Made by a program: the position numbers and the translations under genes. Shown in pieces: positions 27,497-38,255 of a stretch of DNA of 64,000 bases (within the stretch, counting starts at the first letter, position 1; each line of letters starts with the position of its first letter). This stretch comes from Squalus acanthias (lineage: Eukaryota), in NCBI GenBank assembly GCA_030390025.1, contig CM059432.1, forward strand, positions 125,924,001 through 125,988,000. The letters run 5' to 3'. The notes below the pieces were generated by a model. That model was given only the letters and a program-made list of their open reading frames with translations, was not told the DNA's origin and did not search any database.

Positions 27497-29115
27497 TGTA
27501 AAGTTTCGCAATTATCGCGATTCGAAATAACAAGAGAGAGGCAGATTCGTTTGATCAGTTTTATTAAACGAAATGCTGTCCTGATATAAAGGACACAGAA
27601 GCCTGTAAAATGGCCGCCACGCATCGTGGCAGAAGCTTCCAGAAATACAGTGGGCAGACAAGATGGCGTAGAATAAACATTTAATATAAGATTGGATCAT
27701 ACTCGATAAACACTGATAAAGACAGGATGCAACCTGTTTGCATTTGTGACAATAGCAAAGATATAAGTGCTGGAATCGTTTTCCATGCACAAGTAAGGAC
27801 CATTGTACTGGGCAATCGAAGGCCCATCCAGACACATCAATACACAAATACCCCCCCGGCTCTACAATGAGAGAGACATTGACGGGTGATTAAGTCAGTA
27901 TTCGGGGGCCCCCAAAACCAGTCAGGGAGACGATTCATACAATCCTGGCTGGGTCAACAATGGGGAAAACATTAACGGATAGTTGGCCAGTTTCAGGTGC
28001 TACCGAAACCCGTTAAAGAAGACAACCGCCCCATGCTGGGAGTTTTGTGCACCAGTATTACATAAAGGACAAACATTAAGATTTGAGCGGGAGATAAGGG
28101 AACACAGCACTATAACTATAGTGAACAAATGTCCATCGGTCTCTTATTCTCTTTTTGACTCGCTCGATCGCTGGCTGAAGCTCTTCTTTAGGGCTGGACT
28201 TTGTTGACTCTTGACTTTTAGCCGTACTGATCGGTTATTCGAATGTTGGGTGGAGCTCACTCGGAACGAGCCGCCCCGACAAGGGCAAGTAACAGGGTGC
28301 ACCATCCCGAGTGTCGGTAAACGGTGTCTGGACCCGGAGGCCCGAAGAGACGAGACGAGACGAGAAGAAGAGGAGAAGAATCCACGTGCCGCCACGGTCA
28401 GTAAACCCCGACCGCGCCCGAAAATATAATAAAGAACTTTTCATTGAAATCTACCGACAACCGGTGTCGGGAACAGGAAGACTCTTCTTTGAATTTTACA
28501 AACGTTTCCGAGTTCTACCGAGTTCTTTATGACAACAGAGAGTCTGGCCTGCTTGTCGCAGCAGCGAAGATAAACAAGTGGGGTACAGAGACCCCTCCAA
28601 ACACGTGACAGTCAGGCGCTGCAGCGAAACGAGCCGAGTGCCTCACTTTAAAATTCTCCGAAGTAACACGAGTGGTGAGCATGTTTCCCGATCCTACAAA
28701 TCTAGACGTAGTGTAGGTGTTGTTAAGGGAGGGTGGTTATTAAGGTTAAAGTATAATGTGTTCCCCTTTTTACGATGTGCCGTGCGTTCTTCATTTCCAT
28801 AGACCAAGCTTTATGAATGTATGTATACTTGTACTCTCGTTAATTTGCGCCTATGACATGTACTTCATGATTTTGGACGCTATGCAATAAAGATTTCCAT
28901 TTCATACTATTCAACCGGGTCTATTTGAGTTTTCTCTGCATTACTGCTCCCTGCACCTAAGTCCAGTGTTAGAACCGTAAGGGCGAGTGGGTCGAACCAC
29001 TCACAGGTGCTTATTGCAATAAGGCTGGCCGGAGACCAGAGCAATCAATAGTATTAGGCAACGAAGGCCTAACCTCGCACCAGCACTGTCTGAGACACAG
29101 GCACAAACCCTTACA
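27497..29115 (+). repeat. 5' LTR (1619 bp)
   Basis: TGTAAAG...CCCTTACA; about 30 differences by eye from the 3' LTR; AATAAA at 28886 with upstream TGTA motifs and a downstream T-rich tract. Confidence 0.95.
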
Positions 29116-29119
29116 GAAA

Positions 29120-30943
29120 ATGGCGACCACGGCAGGACATTGGCAGCAGGAGAGTAATGTTTTAGACCCTGGTTTGAATAGGCGAAATGTGATGGATGAG
29201 AGGGTAGCCGACTATGTGTTTGGGAAGGTTAACTTAACCAAAAAGTGGATAAGTGACCTACTGATGGATAAGCGTCCGCTAGACGCCGCCATCAAATGGA
29301 CAGGCAGTAAAGAGCATAAGAAGCTGGTAGAGAAAGCGGTCTGGCTGATGTGCTACAAGAAGCAAGTCCAACTTTCGGACCAGGTCATTGTGGCACAGGC
29401 AGCTCAGATCAGGGAATTGGAAGTTGAGATGGAGGAAAAGATCACGGGAGGACAGAAACTCATTGCATCATTGAATGCGTTACATCAGGAACGCCAAATA
29501 GTAGCCTACCACCATGAGGCTAAAATTGATTACCTAGAATGTCAGGTCACGTAAGCAAAATTAAACGAGGGTAGGATTAGAGAACGGTGTGTCCGCCTAG
29601 CTAACCAGATAAAAGCCCAGGAAGAAAGCTTGAAGGGAGTTAGGGCGGCATATAAGATGGCCCTCGAGGATAGGCATGAGGGAGCCGACCACAGTGTTTG
29701 CCAGAAGGAGATAGGGAACCTAAGAGAGGCCCTGAATAAGGCAAACGGCTTGGTGTGCCTCATCAGCCCGTCAGCAAACCAGCCACAGGTGGGTAGGGAA
29801 TTCCCAAAATCCCTACCAGACAAAGCAGAGGAGGTATTTGCCACTGCGCCCTCCGCGCCACCCAGCTATTCGGCAACCTGGGTAAGGGAGGAAGTGGTGG
29901 AAATAGAGAAGGAGGTTCCCGAGGTAGGACAATCCCTGGAGGTAGAGCCGAGACCGGGACCGATGTGTCCGCTCCGAGGTCACAAGAGATGCCCGAATGC
30001 AGCCAATGGGGATGACGGGGATGTCCTGAACCAGCTTGTATTGCCCCACAGCTCACACCAGCTGAGAGCAATGATTAGCCATGTACGGAAGCTATCCGAG
30101 TCAGACGACCCTTCCGTACATTTTAGGGAAGTAGAACAGACCGCAGCAATTAATGGCTGCGACGATGAGGAAAAGACCGAAATGTTGCTGTTCTCGTTAG
30201 ATAGCTCGATCCTTCAGTGTCTCTCCGACGAGAGCAAGAAGGGAAATAAAACCTATGAGGAGTTACGGGACGAGGTCCTAGAAGTGTTAGGGGCGGATGA
30301 CGAAGGTCCGTTCGTCAGATTGAGTCAAACCATACAGATGGAGGGAGAACCCCCGAAGGTTTTCGCCGACAGACTGTGGCCAGTATACCAGCGTAGCTGC
30401 CCAGGTGCGCCAGCGCGCGCCTATCTGAACGGCGCCGGGAAAGCTCATTGGCTCAGGTGTTTAGTAGCCAACAGCTTGCCAGCCGTCAGGGAGCAGGCCA
30501 AAGCGTGGTTTGATCCCACTAACCCCGCCACAACAGAGGAGTCTGTCCTAAATCGACTCACCATAGGGTATCGGAACACTAGGAGCACGGGAGCGCGTCC
30601 CCTAAAGGGAAAGGTGCATGAGGCAAGGCCCGCAGCCCCGGCTCAGAAAGAGTGGCATCAGGAGGGAAATCGCGCCCCACAAACCAGTGGTGTTTGCTAC
30701 GGGTGCGGGAAGACAGGTCACTGGCGTAAAAACTGCAGGAACCCCTGGAAGGACCCCAGGGATAAAACTCCCGCAGCCCGAACCCAAGCGCCTGTCTCTG
30801 AGAAAGGAGCCGGTGTGCCTATCCATCCCGATGCGATAGAATCAATGTTGGGAGCCATGCGGTCCCTAATGATTTCGCAAGGGAGGGTGGCAGTCGCTAT
30901 CGGCCCCACAGATGCCACAACCCCGTCCACCGGTACCCAATGA
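29120..30943 (+). pseudogene. gag: Gag (coiled-coil N-terminus, late domain, capsid/MHR, one CCHC knuckle); one in-frame TAA at 29552-29554
   Basis: ORFs 29120-29554 and 29630-30943 share a frame; PSAPPSY; MHR-like IQMEGEPPKVFADRL; CYGCGKTGHWRKNC at 30695-30736. Confidence 0.9.
29121..29138 (+). promoter_or_regulatory. Primer-binding site, tRNA-Arg type
   Basis: TGGCGACCACGGCAGGAC, 5 nt after the LTR; one mismatch to the complement of the vertebrate tRNA-Arg(TCG) 3' end as I recall it (TGGCGACCGCGGCAGGAC). Confidence 0.8.
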
Positions 30944-33900
30944 CTAAAGCCCGCGCAGCCCGTTTACCTGTGTCCGCTCAGCTATGATGCGTGGAAAAGA
31001 CCCCTGGTAGAGATGGAGGTAGAGAAGCAGAAGGGTAGTTATTTGTTGGACACGGGAGCTTCATGCACTGTGAGTCATACGGATAGCCCCTTTGACTCAC
31101 CACTGTCTACCAAGGTCCCATTCACATTAGCGGGGTTCACGGGAAAAGAGCAGGCTGGCGCGTTCTCCATTCCGCTCTCCATTCATTTAGGAGCACTCCA
31201 CACCACATGGAAGTGCATACTGATGAAATGGCAAGAGGGGGGTGGCAGAGGTATCCTCGGATCGGATCTCCTAGCGGAACACGGGATCCTCGTGGACCTT
31301 AGGAATCACTGTCTCTGGGGAGCCAAGGGTGGGAAAGGCAAGGTAGTGGTAATCCCGGGGAAGGAAGGTAAAGGGGCCCTGTGTACCATGAAGCCATCCG
31401 GAGGTTACGACCTCGGGCTTATGGTCACGGATGTCCCAACGGACATGCAAACGTACGTGTCAGATAATATGCACGCGTTTGCAACCCACAAGCACGATTG
31501 TGGGAGGGTTACCAGGTTTGAGGTCAGCATAGACGGGGACCCCATGACCCGGCCCCAAAAGCAGTATAACTTCCCCAAAGAAGCAGAACCCGATATGGAG
31601 ACAGCAATGTCCTCATTAGTGCAGCAGGGCGTGTTGAGGCCGATAGCCACACACGTGAACTCCCCATTATGGCCGGTAAGAAAGCCGGATAATTCGTGGA
31701 GGGCCACGGTGGACTACAGAGTCCTTAACAGTAACATCCCCGCCTGCGCGCCCACAGTAGCAGCAGTTGCTGACCTAATAGGGAGTATCCCAGCGTCCGC
31801 GACCACGTTCACGGTGCTGGATATCTCGAACGGTTTTTGGTCCATCCCGCTGCGGCGAGAGGACCAGTACAAGTTTGCCTTTACTTTTAAAGGACAACAG
31901 TACACATGGAACTGTTTGCCACAGGGTTTCCACAACAGCCCCAGTATTTTCCATCAGTGTATGGCAGGAAGTTTAAAGGAGTTTAGTCAGCCCAATCAGA
32001 TAGTGCAGTACGTGGATGATTTGCTCCTGTTCACAGACTCAAGGGAGGAGCATGGACCACTGTTAGCCGAGTTATTGGAGCTGCTAGCGAGAAAGGGTTT
32101 TAAAGTTAACCCTAAGAAAGCACGGATCGGTCAGCAGGAAGTAAAATTCCTGGGGCTGACCATTCGCGCTGGGGAAAGAGCCATAGATAAGGCTAGGAGG
32201 GAGTCGGTGCAGGAGTTACCGATTCCCAACACCATAACGGGTGTGAGGTCCTTTCTGGGACTGACCGGTTACTGTAGAGACTTCATCGAGGACTATGCGG
32301 CCACAGCAGCTCCGCTGCTCCGACTCCTCCATAAGGGAGTGGAGTGGTCTTGGGACGAGGGTTGTCAGGCAGCATTCGAGAAGTTAAAAAGGAATTTGCA
32401 GACCGCGCCAGCTTTAGGGGCCGTAGATGGGGGGAAGGAGTTTTTCCTGGAGGTAGCTGCCAGCGGAGACAGCTTGAGCGCTGTGCTGCTCCAAGAGCAT
32501 CACGGCAAGCTGAGGCCGGTTGTCTATTCGTCCAGGGTGTTAACGGATGTGGAAAGGAGTTTCTCCAACTGCGAAAGGCATCTTTTAGCCACGCATTGGG
32601 CTGTGAAAAGATCAGCGATCTTCACAGGGCTCTCTCCCATCACTCTCCTCACCCATCACACGCCAACCAAGATGCTTCTGGATGGGAGGATTAAGGATGG
32701 GACCGTAAGCAGCGCTCGCATTGCACGCTGGACCCTTCTCCTTTCCCAGATGGATCTTAGGATTAAAGGTCTTTGCGAGCCCAGGCTCGCGGCCAACCTG
32801 GTATACCCCGGAACAGCCCATCGGTGGAAGGGGTGTGGGAGGTCAACATAGGTTTGCGGGCCGGGATACATCCCACAGGTCGCGAGATTTATGTTGATGG
32901 TTCCAGCACAGTGTCCGCTGGCGAACGACTCACAGGGTGTGGAGTTTATGACCCTGCGGCAAACCTTGCCTTGGCAATTAAGCTCCCCAGCACGATGAGC
33001 GCACAGCAGGCTGAGCTGTCCGCGGTGGCGTATGTAGTTACCCACCCAGAAATCTTCCCAACCCCATACACGATTTGTTCGGACAGTATGTTTACGTGCA
33101 ATTCGTGTACGGAATACCTGGCCATTTGGTCCCGCCGTGGCTACACCTCCGCGGACGGGCGACCTTTAACGGTGTAGCCCTTGCTGGAAAAGATCCTAGC
33201 AGCAGTAGGGGAGGAAGGGGAGATTTTCATCCATAAGGTGAAGGCTCACTCCTCCACAGAACCCCGCGGGGAGGGCAACCAGCAGGCGGATGCGCTAGCC
33301 AGGGAGGGTGCCCGTAATGGCATTTTCTGGGACCCCTATGGACCCGGACCCGTGGCAGCGATCCAAGGCAGGGAAGGGAATCCCGGGAACACCAGGGTAG
33401 CACTGCCCCTAGACCTTAAGACCGTCCAGAACCAGGATCCCGCCCTAAAAGCAGTTCTCAGAATGATTACTGAGGGCAAGCAGGTAGAGGGCCCGTACAG
33501 TACGGCAACCCTCTCCGTTAGAGAAGGCATGCTGTTCCGCGAAGAACAGTGGGTTGTGCCGCAGCAGCACAGGAGGGAATTCCTCCAGTTGGCTCATGAG
33601 GGGCCGGGGGCAGGACACCCCGGGCCCGAGGTTACCTGGCAACGGGTAGAGCAGGCGGGATGGTGGCCGGGACTCAGGGAGCAGGTCCGCGAGTTCTGTG
33701 CAAGCTGTCTTGTGTGCGCTGCAAACAACCCAGACCCCCAGAAAAGGAAAGTGCACATGGGGCACATCAGGAGGGTGGAGGGACCATGGCAGTCGATACA
33801 GATCGATTACATAGGGCCCCCGCCCACCACCCAGGGAGGCTACAAATACTGCCTCGTCTTGGTGGATGTGTTTTCCAAATGGGTAGAAGCCTTCCCCTGT

Positions 33901-35235
33901 AGAACAGCTATGGCGCTGGGTACTGCCAAGATCTTGGTCCGGGAAGTGTTCTCGCGGTGGGGACTCCCCCGTTTCGTGGAGTCAGACCAAGGGAGTCATT
34001 TCACCGGCCAGGTGATGCAGAACACCCTCATGCTTTTGGGCATTGAAGGGAAGTGGCACGTAGCACACAATCCCCAGTCGTCAGGGATTGTTGAACGCAT
34101 GAACCGGACCCTCAAGGAGAAACTGAGGAAAGAGACTATGAACTCGCCCCAAAAATGGGCGGAGGTTCTGCCTCTAGTCCTCATGGGAATCCGGGCCAGC
34201 CAGTCGAAGAGTACGGGGTATTCCCCGCACGAGGTGATGACTGGGAGGATCATGCGAACCCCCACCCATGTACTAACCCCGGTGCTCACTGAGGATCAGC
34301 TCCAAGAGGTGAAAAGGGACAAGTTTGTCCAGACCCTCTTGGAGCGCCTGAAGCAGGTTTACGAGCAGGCGGCTGGGAACATGGGAAAACAGCACCAGGG
34401 CAATCGCCTGTTGCTGGAACCCCGCAAGAAGCAGGAGTGGGAAGTCGGAGATCAGGTCATGGTTAGGAACTATGCCAGAGTAGGGAGTTTGGAACCACTG
34501 TATATGGGACCCTACAGTATTGTAGATAAGGCGAGTCCCATGGTGTACGCTGTGAAGGTACCCCGGCGCACGAAATGGTTCCACATTAACCAGTGCAAGT
34601 TGTATAAGCCGGGTGCACAGGGGCCAATCACAGGGGCCAAACCTGCGAGTGGGGACTCGCAGCCCCGGGTAGGACCGCAGGGCACACAGGCCGGTAAAGC
34701 AGCCTGCTTGAGGGGAGAGGACATTCTGGAAAAGTGTAGGATCTTTTCTTGGTGTTGGGATTCAGATGAGGAAGAGCTCGGAGAGCTCGATCAAGGTAGT
34801 GACCCGGTCGGAGAGGTGGTGGTGTCGGAGGACGAAGGTTTCGCCCTCGACCTAACCATAGGGGAGACAGGGATTGCGAGTGGAGGTCCACACAGGGTGG
34901 AGTTGGAAACTGCAAATCCCAAATTCAGGGGGGCGGAGCCAGGGGAGACGGAGCCGGCGGCTGTGGTGGGACCACAGGCCGTGACGGTGGAAGTCTCGGT
35001 TCCCGGTCCGTCGGCCTTGGAAATTTTGCCCAAGGTAGCCCTCCGTAGGTCAAGTCGGACACCCCAGCCCAGGAAGTCGTGGTCAAATCCCCCGTACACC
35101 CCCAGGCGTAAGTTCAAGGTCAAGGCAGCCCAGGGAGATCCCAGTCCCAGCGCAGCAGCGACAGATCAAAGGAAGGGGTCAGTGCCCCCCCGCCGCTGGG
35201 AAAAGCTCGTGGCAGCCTTCGCAGAATCTAGGTAG
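30944..35235 (+). pseudogene. pol: Pro-Pol: aspartic protease, RT, tether, RNase H, integrase; one frameshift (~32820) and one TAG (33175-33177)
   Basis: LLDTGAS; LDISNGFW, LPQGFHNSP, YVDD; IYVDGSS/AQQAEL/SDS/HKVKAH/GNQQAD; HHCC; D-D-E (IQIDYIG, SDQGSHF, IVERMN); GPY. Confidence 0.95.
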
Positions 35236-35471
35236 GCCGCCCTTGGAACGGGCGGCGCTGTACAGTTAAGTTTAGGATAAGTTTAAGTTTATAGTTTCTT
35301 AAGTTTGGTTAAGTTTGTAGTTTAAATTTTAAAGGTAAATGGTAAAATGATGGGAATTAGTGATAGGAATAGTTAAAGTCTATCCAGCATACATGTCTTT
35401 TTACGTGAGACGAGGTCAAGGGACCCGCTCACCCTTCACAAAAGCCAGAGACTCTTGGGAGGCTGGTTACA

Positions 35472-35490
35472 TCATTTTATCTGATCACAG
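35472..35490 (+). promoter_or_regulatory. Candidate env splice acceptor
   Basis: TCATTTTATCTGATCACAG|G, 12 nt upstream of the env ATG. Confidence 0.5.
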
Positions 35491-35502
35491 GAACCAGGAG
35501 AT

Positions 35503-37859
35503 ATGGAAAGAATTCTGATAGTGCTCGCAACGATCGGATATGGATTGGCCTATCGGGGCCTCACCAAGGATGTCGTTGTGTTCGGTTGCTCCGGGGACAC
35601 GGCCCCCATCGCATCGCGACGGATGGGACCGGGGAGTGAGAGGCTGAGGAAACCGCCACTTATTTCCACAAGGGAAGGTGGCCGGGATGGCTGGGAACGA
35701 ATTCGACGGAATACTCCAGCGCATCCGGATTTGCCTACAAAGAGACTTCTTTACTGTGCCCCAGAGTGAGGATCATCGCACCCAGAATCAGCGTCACCGT
35801 TGGCAAAAGGATTTGTTTGACATGCAATGGGAAGGTCCCATTGAGCCAATGGTGGTGGTTACGGAAATTAAGCAAGACTATGAGAAATTCCTCGGTCGAG
35901 TGGGAGCGATTGGGTAACAATACCCATCGGACAATTACGGGGACTAACGGACAAGTGAAAGTCTGTTGGGACAAATGGTGGGAACCGGATGAGGGAATAT
36001 ATGTTTGTATGTGGGGATCGAAGTACGTTTGCCCCAAGGGTATATCCATATTTTTCGTACACCAGTGGCAGGATAACGGGAAAGGGATGAGGTGGGATGT
36101 CAGCACAAAGGGGTGCGGAGCCCCATTCTCCCCGATCCCGGTAAACGCCACTGAACTCATCACGCGCCCATGCAAGGCTCCGCCCACGATTCCGGTGGTT
36201 TTGGCTCAGGAGGAAGGGTGCCCTAAAACCACTAAGGGGCCCGGGAATGGTCTGGTACTGGTGCCAACAGATCAGATACTATATCAAGGGGTACATTACG
36301 CGGTGGCTTCGGTGATTCTAAATCTCACCGAGGTGCGTTTACCAGAGTGGTGTCCCAAAGAAACGGAACAATTGTACCAGGTCCTGTTAACAAACATGTT
36401 CAGACAATTTTATGAGTTTGATTTTGCAGAGGTTGACAAAACAAGCTTATACACCACACCACACGAAGTTTTGGGTCAGGTGGGGAGACAAAGAAGGGGT
36501 GTTGTGAACGATGTGTTCACTGCTTTTAATACGGGAACATCTGTGGTCAACGCTCTAGACAACGTGGAGCTGCAGACCCAGATCAACGGTTTAAAAACAC
36601 AGTTAAAAAGCATCCTCACAAGCGAAAACAAGGTGGTAGGGTCTGAGTTACATGAGGACCAGGCCATGACACTACACTTAAAAGAGATTATAGCAGAGCT
36701 GGAGAAGCATGCGAGAACGGTAAATGCGCTGATCAGGGAAGATCGGAACGCATCCGATCAAGCTGCGCAGAATGAGGTGTGCGTACTATACGGGGCGTGG
36801 TTACTGGGCGAGGGCCGCAGTAATTTGGAGGATTTAAAACAAGGTTTGGTCCTGTCCTGGATAAGTAACAAACACCTGCAGGCGCTCCACCCTTTTCAGA
36901 ACGCATTAAGCCCATGCCAGCTCAGGCTAGCCTCAGAGGCATACCCAGTCCCCGTGGACTGCGGACGGTCAAACCATACCATCATGGGTATAGTGTTACG
37001 GATGCCGGTGTTGGGCGACACGGCAAAGCCCGCCCCGGTGTACCGGGTGGAGAACATTGGTGTCATTCAGGGGGGAGCCCACATTCGCTACGCAGCGGTC
37101 CCACCTTACGTCATCCGCTGGGAGCAAACGATGACAGGTACCGACCTCTCGGGTTGTCGTGGCCGGGGAGCACACATCATACTGTGTCCCCAGCACTTGA
37201 ATGCCTTTTTGACACCACAATGCGGGTTCAGAACGGCTGGCGCGAAGCCCATGAATTGCACCATGGAGGCAATGACACAAGATCATGTGCCTCCACAGGT
37301 GGCATACATAGGGGGTGGAACGTATTGCGTTACCACTGCAGCGCAACACTACCAGCATGGACAGCACAGCCGGTGTCCGGTGAGTGACAGCAGTTTCTGT
37401 TTCAAACCCAGGGCTGAAGTTCAAGTGGCACAGCAGCGAATTGTCCCGATCCCTGAACCATCCACTGTTCACCTCACAGTAAAAGAGAATTTCACAGACT
37501 TGCAGCGATTCGTCGCGCATTTCGGGTACATCATTCCCCCTCTCCCTGAACACCTCACCAAGATTTTAAAAGCCGTCATGGTATCACAAAAACATTTTTA
37601 CACCCTAGAACAAAAGACTGTAGAGATAGGGACAGAGATACTAGACATAGTAGTCCCACAGTGGTGGGATCTGTTCACTAATATCGAAGTTCCGTCATGG
37701 ATCAGGATAGCCTCCCACATTTTGGTTGTGTGTCAAGTTATAATTGTAGTGTACCTATTGGTCGTACACTGCAAAAGAGGCAAACGCCTCACAAAGCAGG
37801 AGAACACAGGGGAGTGGAGAGAACGTTACGTGCGCGTGAACAAAGAAAGTACCGCGTAA
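35503..37859 (+). pseudogene. env: Env: signal peptide, Ig-like domain, F-type class I fusion protein; frameshift near 35600 and TGA at 35637-35639
   Basis: MERILIVLATIGYGLA signal; furin site RQRR (36486-36497); hydrophobic peptide and heptad repeats; Cys-rich region; TM WIRIASHILVVCQVIIVVYLLVV; several N-x-S/T sequons. Confidence 0.88.
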
Positions 37860-38243
37860 ACGGCCAGGATGACGCCGCTCCGTTTTACCATGTGTATTTT
37901 TGTAATTGATTGTTAGTTATGAGTATGTGTAACTAAGTTTGGAACTTTTGTATTTTTAAAATGATTGTTTTGATTATTTTTTCCTTGTATAATAAAACAT
38001 GCATATGCAGGTGGTGCGAGAGGCATCGGCCTTTTGCACCTGGAAGGTGTATACGCTGTGTAAGTTTAAAGGCAATGCTGCCTACGGTTTATCCAAGTTA
38101 GACAATGTAATTTTCTCTGGGAAATGAGGACTGCATGGAGGCCATAGATAGTTTAATTAACGGGAGTGTTTGGATGTGGAGAATCGGGATAATTTTGCTC
38201 ACCACCATTTTTAATTGATACGATAAGCGGAGTTATTCGCATC

Positions 38244-38255
38244 AACAGGAGGGAC
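38244..38255 (+). promoter_or_regulatory. Polypurine tract (short)
   Basis: AACAGGAGGGAC directly abutting the 3' LTR. Confidence 0.6.

Noticed and set aside
27512..28802. Short ORFs (70-111 aa) in the LTRs, duplicated at 38.2-39.6 kb, as accessory genes
   Set aside because: No recognisable motifs, mostly non-ATG starts on both strands; the duplication simply reflects the LTRs
32800..32851. Programmed frameshift between tether and RNase H
   Set aside because: No slippery site; with stops at 29552, 33175 and 35637 it is more simply post-insertion decay
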